Shown here one piece after another: positions 57,504-64,000 of a DNA stretch of 64,000 nt. Each line of letters begins with the position of its first letter. Position 1 is the stretch's first letter. This DNA comes from Emticicia sp. Lineage in GTDB: Bacteria > Bacteroidota > Bacteroidia > Cytophagales > Spirosomataceae. Under the pieces are notes generated by a model. That model did no database searches. It saw only the letters and a list, made by a program, of their open reading frames with translations, and had not been told where the DNA came from. The stretch covers positions 107,603 through 171,602 of the forward strand of contig JANNDY010000034.1 in the NCBI GenBank assembly GCA_031378345.1. The letters run 5' to 3'. Both the position numbers and the translations under genes were made by a program.

Positions 57504-58022
57504 ATGAGTAAAAAACCTAATATAGTTGGTGGTGGAGCAAATACAAATTTGAATGGATTAGATTTTGAGGGGAGAACTGACTTATTATCCGCTCTTAATA
57601 AACATCCTGAATTTGAAGTCAACGGTAATAGTGTGATGAAAAATGGCAAATTAGTTGCTTTATATTTTGAAAAGCACAATCTCTACAAAAGCTTCCTTAA
57701 ACCAAAAGGAATTGATTATAAAACCATATTATCGAAAAAAATACTTCCTGATGGAGCAATATTAGTTGATAATACAATCTACATTATTGAAAAGAAGTTT
57801 CAAGGAGGTAGTGGTTCAGTAGACGAAAAACTTCAAACTTGCGATTTCAAAAAGCAACAATACATCAAATTATTTTCGCCATTGAATATTAGGGTGGAAT
57901 ATTACTATATTTTGAATGAATGGTTTGATAAACCCCAGTATATTGATGTGTTTGAATATATTGAAAGTGTTGGATGTAGGTATTTCATTGTAGATTTACC
58001 ATTAGAAGCAATTGGTTTATAA
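57504..58022 (+). CDS. Type II restriction endonuclease, minimal DpnII/MboI-like PD-(D/E)xK core
   Basis: PDGAIL..IYIIEKKFQGGSGSVDEKLQ resembles the DpnII core LYLIEVNFYSGSGSKLNET (from memory). Flanked by DpnM-like and DpnA-like methylases. Confidence 0.6.
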   Translation: MSKKPNIVGGGANTNLNGLDFEGRTDLLSALNKHPEFEVNGNSVMKNGKLVALYFEKHNLYKSFLKPKGIDYKTILSKKILPDGAILVDNTIYIIEKKFQGGSGSVDEKLQTCDFKKQQYIKLFSPLNIRVEYYYILNEWFDKPQYIDVFEYIESVGCRYFIVDLPLEAIGL

Positions 58023-58937
58023 GTAAATCAATTGCCTATTTGTAATACAATTTGTGATTAATAACTCCTTTATACATCCTCTTTTCTCAGCATTTGCATT
58101 TATGCTTCTTCTTGCATCAACTCTTGAAATTGTAAAATCGCTATACAAATCATCAAAGAAATTATCATTTTCGTTTTTTCCTTTTAAGTCAGAATTACTT
58201 AAAATCCAATTATAATTTAATATGTCAAGTTTTGTACAAAAGTCTTTTAATCTAACCTGTTCAGCATCATCAAAACTATCTTTTGAGTAAGTGTTAAAAC
58301 TTGAAGTTTCGCTCAAAGGCTTATAAGGTGGGTCAAAGTAAAAAAGTGAATTTTCATTTGCTGAATTTAAAGTAATTTCAAAATCTCCACAAAGAATTTC
58401 TACTTTTTGCAAAGCATTACTAACTGCTAAAATATTTTCTTTGTCGCAAATAGTAGGTTTTTTGTAGCCACCCATTGGCACATTATACAAATTCTTACTA
58501 TTCACTCTGTACAGACCATTAAAACAAGTACGATTGATGAAGATAAACAAAGCGGCTTGTCCGCTTTGTTCTAATTTTCTTGTATTGTACAAGTCTCTTT
58601 TTTGGTAATAATAGAGTTTTTTATTGTCTTCGTTTCCATCTAAATCGTGAAATTCATTTTGCAAAACTTGAAGATTTGAAATCAATTCTTTTGGATTACT
58701 TGCAATAGATTTATATGTGTTTATCAGGTCTTCGTTGATGTCATTAATTACAGCCTTTTTAATTTTTGGAAAGTTGTTTAGCATCCAGAATAAAATCGCA
58801 CCACTTCCAACAAAAGGTTCAATATAAGTAAATTTGGAGTTGAACAACTCCTTTGGCATTGATTTTTCTATGTCCGAAATCAGTTGAGTTTTTCCACCTG
58901 CCCACTTTAAAAATGGTTTTGCATTTTTTTCTGTCAT
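58017..58937 (-). CDS. Alpha-class Dam-family N6-adenine methyltransferase, DpnM/M1.DpnII-like (GATC)
   Basis: PFLKWAGGKTQL, EPFVGSGAILF, FNGLYRVNSKNLYNVP, FYFDPPYKPLSETSSF. Confidence 0.85.
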   Translation of the reverse strand: MTEKNAKPFLKWAGGKTQLISDIEKSMPKELFNSKFTYIEPFVGSGAILFWMLNNFPKIKKAVINDINEDLINTYKSIASNPKELISNLQVLQNEFHDLDGNEDNKKLYYYQKRDLYNTRKLEQSGQAALFIFINRTCFNGLYRVNSKNLYNVPMGGYKKPTICDKENILAVSNALQKVEILCGDFEITLNSANENSLFYFDPPYKPLSETSSFNTYSKDSFDDAEQVRLKDFCTKLDILNYNWILSNSDLKGKNENDNFFDDLYSDFTISRVDARRSINANAEKRGCIKELLITNCITNRQLIYL

Positions 58938-59010
58938 TGCACTTTTCTTAATGAATTTGTTGTCGGCAAAGTTACAATTTTATTCTCCTTTGTCGCTATT
59001 TTGGTGTTGA

Positions 59011-59115
59011 ATTTTGAAGTCTGTCGATGGTTTGCAGTGTGTTCGTACGGTGTCGGCTAACAAACTCATCGTTGAAGTAATTGCTCTTGGTCATAGAAAA
59101 GATATTTATGAGTAA
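59011..59115 (+). pseudogene. RelE/ParE-family toxin C-terminal remnant
   Basis: Short open frame ending ..ANKLIVEVIALGHRKDIYE*, the canonical RelE/ParE C-terminus. No start or N-terminal part. Confidence 0.5.
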
Positions 59116-59213
59116 ACCATTACTCCTCCCTTAAAATTTCTTTCACTCTTCTTCCTTTTGAACTAAACACCTCATTCAACCGTTAGTTTTTCAGAATAAA
59201 ACTTTCCCCAAAA

Positions 59214-59903
59214 ATGCAATCAATTCAAATAGATATAGTTTCGGATGTGGCTTGTCCGTGGTGTTATATTGGTAAAAAACATTTAGAAAAAGCTCTCGAA
59301 AGTATTGATAATCAAGCTATTAACGTTACTTGGCATCCTTTTCAGCTTGACCCAACGATTCCGAAAGAGGGGATTTCTCGTGATGAATATTTTACTAATA
59401 AATTTGGCAGTAGCGACCGAATCGAACAAATTTTTCAACGAATTGTAAGCGTTGGTGAAAATGCAGGAATTGACTTCAATTTCTATAAAATGCCGAAAGC
59501 TGTCAATACAATTCCGCTTCATAAATTGCTTCACATTGCCCGTGAAGAAGGCACGCAAATCGCATTGGAAGAGCGTTTTTTCAAAGGTTATTTTACTGAC
59601 GGAATTGATTTTTCGGACAACGAACAACTCCTTTCTTTCATGCAAGATTTTGGCTGGAATCGTGAGAAAACTGCCGATATTTTAGCAAATGATGAGATTT
59701 CCTACCAAGTTTCGCAGGAAATAAAGCATTTTCAAGGTTTGGGTGTTACGGGTGTCCCGTTTTTTATCTTGAATAATAAATATGCCATCAGTGGAGCTCA
59801 ACCAAGCTCTGTTTTTCTTGAAACTTTACAAAAAGTTGCCCAAGAAATGCAGCCTACCGAACTTGCAGGAGAGTCTTGCGAAATTGACGGTGAGAATTGT
59901 TGA
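59214..59903 (+). CDS. DsbA-family (FrnE-like) thiol oxidoreductase
   Basis: IDIVSDVACPWCYIGKKHLEKAL; GVTGVPFFILNNKYAISGAQ. Confidence 0.8.
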   Translation: MQSIQIDIVSDVACPWCYIGKKHLEKALESIDNQAINVTWHPFQLDPTIPKEGISRDEYFTNKFGSSDRIEQIFQRIVSVGENAGIDFNFYKMPKAVNTIPLHKLLHIAREEGTQIALEERFFKGYFTDGIDFSDNEQLLSFMQDFGWNREKTADILANDEISYQVSQEIKHFQGLGVTGVPFFILNNKYAISGAQPSSVFLETLQKVAQEMQPTELAGESCEIDGENC

Positions 59904-59928
59904 GGATTTTTAAAATTGCTTCCCAAAA

Positions 59929-60175
59929 ATGAATCGAATAGATAGGCTAATGGCAATTGTAACGACGCTTCAAGCAAAGAAATACGTTACGACATAACAG
60001 TTTTCTGAAAAATTAAGCATTTCTGTACGCACCGTCTATCAAGATATAAAAGCTTTAGGCGAGCATGGAATTTCTAACAGTTTTGAAAATCAAAGAGGAT
60101 ATTTGTGTGGTGCAAGGATATTTTTTGCATCCTTTTACCTTTAGTATGGAAGAAGCAAATGCTCTTTTGCTTTGA
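59929..60175 (+). pseudogene. YafY-type HTH (WYL regulator) N-terminal fragment with a premature stop and a frameshift
   Basis: MNRIDRLMAIVTTLQAKKYVTT*QFSEKLSISVRTVYQDIKALGEHGI.., with TAA at 59995-59997. PFTFSMEEANALLL lies in a shifted frame. The WYL domain is absent. Confidence 0.55.
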
Positions 60176-60361
60176 AAATTACCGCTTGAATAAATTTTGA
60201 AGAAGTAAAAATACAAACCGCAAAAATCAGATTGTGCACTAACATAAGCCATCGTAATTTTGATGAAAGATTCAAGATAGGAGATAAAAGATTTAAGAAT
60301 TTTATATCTCTACAAAAATTATTCTCATATCCAGAATCTCGTATCTCAAATCTAAAATAAG

Positions 60362-61210
60362 ATGGAAACCATTTATAATCAAGACATTATAGATTACCGT
60401 CGCATCGAAAAGGCTATTCAATTTATTGAAGAAAATTTTCAGTCTCAGCCAAATCTCAAAGAAATTGCTGACCATGTAGCACTTTCGGAATTTCATTTCA
60501 ATCGCCTTTTTAGCAAATGGGCAGGCACAAGTCCGCAGCGATTTATGCGATTTTTGACCAAAGAGTTTGCCAAAGAAAAACTTGCTGAAAGTAGCAATCT
60601 TTTGGAAGCTACTTTTGAGTCGGGTTTATCAAGTTCGAGTCGTTTGCATGATTTATTTGTAACTTACGAAGCCATGACTCCCGCCGAATTTAAGTCGAAA
60701 GGTGCAGGTTTGACTATTCATTATGGTATTCATGAAACACCTTTTGGCGAATGTCTGATTGCCATTACCGAACGAGGAATTACAGATTTTAGGTTTCTTG
60801 AAAATGAAGACAAAGCCCTGATAATCAATGAGTTAAATATGGATTTCACTAACGCCAAACTCATTTTTGACAATAATTTCACGAAGCCTTTTATTGAAAA
60901 TATTTTTTATACTTCGCAAAATTCCACCGAACCAGTTACGCTTTTGATGCGTGGAACAAATTTCCAAATTAAAGTTTGGGAAGCACTTTTAAGAATTCCT
61001 TTTGGGCAAATGGTCAGCTATGAAACCATTGCAAATGCCATCGGAAAACCAACGGCACAACGGGCAGTAGGCACAGCCATTGGAAGCAATCGTTTGGGTT
61101 ATATTATTCCATGCCACCGAGTTTTGCAGAAAGTTGGCGGCATTGGCGGCTATCGCTGGGGAATTACTCGCAAAAAGGCAATTTTGGGTTGGGAAATGGC
61201 TAAGGTTTGA
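60362..61210 (+). CDS. AraC-type HTH fused to methylated-DNA--protein-cysteine methyltransferase (Ada-like)
   Basis: LKEIADHVALSEFHFNRLFSKWAGTSPQRF plus IIPCHRVLQKVGGIGGYRWG. Confidence 0.8.
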   Translation: METIYNQDIIDYRRIEKAIQFIEENFQSQPNLKEIADHVALSEFHFNRLFSKWAGTSPQRFMRFLTKEFAKEKLAESSNLLEATFESGLSSSSRLHDLFVTYEAMTPAEFKSKGAGLTIHYGIHETPFGECLIAITERGITDFRFLENEDKALIINELNMDFTNAKLIFDNNFTKPFIENIFYTSQNSTEPVTLLMRGTNFQIKVWEALLRIPFGQMVSYETIANAIGKPTAQRAVGTAIGSNRLGYIIPCHRVLQKVGGIGGYRWGITRKKAILGWEMAKV

Positions 61211-61247
61211 GTTTCTTTAATACTACACGACAATTTTTTTATTTATA

Positions 61248-61346
61248 AAAATCCGTGTTTCCAGAAGAATCCGTGTTATCCGTGTTCTAATTTCGCCGAG
61301 AAATGGAACACGGATAACACGGATTTATACAGATTTTCACGAATTT
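61248..61346. repeat. Nested palindromic ~98-bp intergenic element, copy 2 (flanks inverted relative to copy 1)
   Basis: Core arms 61271-61287 / 61305-61322. The right flank atttatacagattttcacgaattt is the reverse complement of copy 1's left flank (1 mismatch). Confidence 0.8.
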
Positions 61347-61399
61347 TAAAAAATAGTATTGATATTTCTGTAAATCCGTAAATATCCACTCATTAATTT

Positions 61400-64000
61400 T
61401 TACTCCAGCAAACTCAAAATATCATCCTTAGAGAGTGATTTTACAAAATTTTCTTCTGTCGTAATTAAGTTATCAAATAGCTTGCGTTTGTTTCGTTGCA
61501 AAGCTAAAATCTTTTCTTCGACCGAATTTCTGGTAATAAACTTATAGGTAAAAACCGTATTTTGCTGTCCAATTCGGTGGGCTCGATCAATGGCTTGTGC
61601 TTCAATAGCAGGATTCCACCAAGGGTCGAGCAAAAACACATATTCGGCGGCGGTGAGGTTTAGTCCCAAGCCACCAGCTTTCAACGAAATCAAAAATATT
61701 TTTACAGAATCATCATTTTGAAACCTATCCACTTGCTCTTGGCGGTTGCTCGTTGAGCCATCCAAATAACAATAATCAAAACTATTTTCGTCCAAATGTT
61801 TTCTAAAAATGTTCAAATGTTTCACGAATTGACTGAATATCAGCACTTTATGCCCTTCTTCTACAATCGTTTCGAGTTTTTGTAAAACCTCTTCATTCTT
61901 GCCAGAATCGCCTTCATAAGTTTCATCAATCATCAAAGGGTGGTTTGCCAATTGCCGAAGTTTTGTTAATCCTTGCAAAACCGCCATTTGAGATTTACCA
62001 AAACCTTTTGCTTCAATTTGCTCCAAAATGATATTTCTATAATAAGATTTTGCCTCTTCGTAGCATTTTTCTTGTTCCTCGGTCATGTCGCAATAATGAA
62101 TACTTTCGACTTTTGGAGGCAATTCGGTTGCAACTTGCGACTTGTGCCGACGCATCATAAAAGGCTTTATCATGCTATACAAACGCTTGATTTTCTGCTC
62201 ATCTTGCTGCTTTTCGATAGGAATTTGGTACTCATTTTTGAAAAAACTTTGTGTGCCAAGCAAGCCAGGATTAATAAATGTGAGCTGTGTCCACAAATCC
62301 ATTGTACTATTTTCGAGGGGTGTACCTGTCAAAATCAAGCGATTGGCAGAATTGAGCTGCATTACCGCCTTTGAAATATGCGAACTTGGATTTTTGATAG
62401 ATTGCGATTCGTCCAAAATCACATAATTGAAACGATAATCTTTTATAAAATCAATATCCATTCGCAAAATGCCGTAGGAAGTCAAAATCAAGTCGTAATC
62501 ATCAAATTGTTCAGTGTTTTTCTCTCTATTTGAACCTGTATAAATAAAGGTTTTGAGGTCGGGGGTAAATTTTTCAATTTCTTTCAGCCAATTATAAATC
62601 AAGGAAGTTGGCATTACTAAAAGGCTTGGATTTTCTGCTAATTTTTGCTCTTTTTGTGATTGCAAAAATGCAAGTGTTTGAATGGTTTTTCCTAAACCCA
62701 TATCATCTGCGAGGCAGCCGCCCAATTTGTATTCTGCCAAGAATCGTAGCCAATCATAACCTGCTTTTTGATATGGTCGAAGATTTGCCAAAAGTCCTAT
62801 TGGAGTATCATATTGCTTGATTTTTTCAAAATTTCGTAGCCTTTCGAGTTTTCTGGACATCACTGAAAAAGCTAAACCTTCATCGGTCAAATCTTGTACT
62901 AAAACAAGGTGATGCTTTTTCAAAATCAGTATATCATCATCCAATTTATCAACATAACTAAACAGTTCGGAATAACGAGTAAACCATTCTTCGGGAATAA
63001 CCGCTATTTGTCCATTTGGCAAAATAAACTCTCGTTTGTTTGCCATAATTAAGCTGCGAATTGTCAAAAAAGGAATTTCAAATTCGCCAAAAAGCACTTT
63101 TGCTTGAATATCAAACCAATCATTTTTTTCTTCAATTCTGACTTCAATTTCGGAATAACCCAGAAAATATTGCTTCTGATTTTGACTATTTCCGAGCTGT
63201 TTTACTTCAAAATTATTTTGTTCTAAAATTTGTGCATTGCGTTGCAGCCACGAAAAAGCCTGCCTTTTTATGACCGCACTTCGCCCATGACGAACATCTA
63301 AACCTAAGTTTTTTAATAAATCTACTTGTTTTTTTTCATAGCCTAAATCTCGTTTTACTTTGTGAAAAACCCATGAATCTCCTTGCTTTTCAACACTTAC
63401 GTAAGCCTCAGCCGAAAAACTATCAAACTTGAAATTATAGCTTCCATATTGAAAAGATAAATCAAAAACTATCTTGTTTTCGTCGTCGTTTTCTTTTTCC
63501 ACTTCTTCATTTTGGTCGAAAACTAAAGCGTTCTTTTTACTTGAAGCTTCCGAAATTATCAGGATCGGTTTTGAGTCGTGTCGCTCAAATTTTATTTCAA
63601 AACCTTGTGCAAAAACATCGAATTGAGCAACTAATGGAGCAATAAATTTTTGATAATAAGTATCTTCAATATTTCGTGGAATAATGATGTGGTTTTTACT
63701 TAAAAAAGGCTTTAGTTTCTTTCCATCCACTTGCTTCTCAAAATGATATAGTCTATCTTCAATGAGCAACCACGCAGGTTCTTCGCATAAAATGCGAGCA
63801 TTTTTAAACTGAAACTGCACCCGTTCACCTCCACATTTTATAGTCGGAAAATAGTGCGTATTTTCGTCATTTCTGATAAAATTAAAGTAGGCTTTTGCAC
63901 CTTCTTGAATGTTATTGATGGCTTTCCAAGTTGGGTCGCCGTCGTTGCTCATAATATAAGATTTTTTAGAAAGCAGCTTTTCTAAAATCTCCGAACGGCG
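61400..64000 (-). CDS. SNF2-family (Swi2/Snf2, RapA-like) helicase, 5' end beyond the window
   Basis: LADDMGLGKT (motif I), DESQSIKN (motif II), FSQF, LKAGGLGLNLTAAEYVFLLDPWWNPAIEAQAIDRAHRIGQ. The frame stays open upstream of the track ATG (63952) to base 64000. Confidence 0.85.
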   Translation of the reverse strand, partial: RRSEILEKLLSKKSYIMSNDGDPTWKAINNIQEGAKAYFNFIRNDENTHYFPTIKCGGERVQFQFKNARILCEEPAWLLIEDRLYHFEKQVDGKKLKPFLSKNHIIIPRNIEDTYYQKFIAPLVAQFDVFAQGFEIKFERHDSKPILIISEASSKKNALVFDQNEEVEKENDDENKIVFDLSFQYGSYNFKFDSFSAEAYVSVEKQGDSWVFHKVKRDLGYEKKQVDLLKNLGLDVRHGRSAVIKRQAFSWLQRNAQILEQNNFEVKQLGNSQNQKQYFLGYSEIEVRIEEKNDWFDIQAKVLFGEFEIPFLTIRSLIMANKREFILPNGQIAVIPEEWFTRYSELFSYVDKLDDDILILKKHHLVLVQDLTDEGLAFSVMSRKLERLRNFEKIKQYDTPIGLLANLRPYQKAGYDWLRFLAEYKLGGCLADDMGLGKTIQTLAFLQSQKEQKLAENPSLLVMPTSLIYNWLKEIEKFTPDLKTFIYTGSNREKNTEQFDDYDLILTSYGILRMDIDFIKDYRFNYVILDESQSIKNPSSHISKAVMQLNSANRLILTGTPLENSTMDLWTQLTFINPGLLGTQSFFKNEYQIPIEKQQDEQKIKRLYSMIKPFMMRRHKSQVATELPPKVESIHYCDMTEEQEKCYEEAKSYYRNIILEQIEAKGFGKSQMAVLQGLTKLRQLANHPLMIDETYEGDSGKNEEVLQKLETIVEEGHKVLIFSQFVKHLNIFRKHLDENSFDYCYLDGSTSNRQEQVDRFQNDDSVKIFLISLKAGGLGLNLTAAEYVFLLDPWWNPAIEAQAIDRAHRIGQQNTVFTYKFITRNSVEEKILALQRNKRKLFDNLITTEENFVKSLSKDDILSLLE

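Noticed and set aside
60055-60496. Minus-strand ORFs 60055-60252 and 60302-60496
   Set aside because: The first overlaps the decayed YafY-type pseudogene region. The second lies in the promoter and 5' end of the AraC-MGMT gene. Neither has a motif.

Overview
AT-rich Bacteroidota-type chromosomal window. The calls rest on TAnnTTTG -7 promoter boxes, a PorT-like gene, the efp-accB-accC and DUF177-rpmF-plsX-fabH gene orders, and lipoprotein/T9SS-style proteins. It holds about 55 protein genes; I found no rRNA, tRNA or CRISPR array.

Housekeeping backbone: sdaA, ogt, ubiE, yidD, an S41 tail-specific protease, FKBP, moeB-rhodanese, acyl-CoA dehydrogenase, rpmF-plsX-fabH, efp, accB/accC, thioredoxins and an ABC ATPase.

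Accessory content sits on top of this backbone:
1. A 2.2-kb block inserted between accB and accC, carrying VapBC-like and MazEF-like toxin-antitoxin pairs plus an LRR lipoprotein.
2. A visibly AT-richer two-gene operon (41550-45357): a 1034-aa N6-adenine methyltransferase-domain protein plus a 228-aa PD-(D/E)xK protein. This is my best candidate for an uncharacterised defence module.
3. A DpnII/MboI-like GATC restriction-modification cassette (56063-58937) with two methylases, a C-protein, a minimal endonuclease and an extra coupled 80-aa ORF. RelE/ParE toxin gene remnants lie on both sides of it.
4. A REP/RAYT locus with one REP hairpin in frame inside the transposase gene.
5. Several small repeat families: a nested ~98-bp palindromic element in two copies with a flipped centre, a 160-bp element bounded by terminal inverted repeats, GC-rich 20-mers (one inside moeB), and short tandem repeats.
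6. Gene decay: a frameshifted dehydrogenase/cytochrome c gene and a YafY-type HTH pseudogene.

All functional calls come from motif and family recognition by eye. No database search was run.
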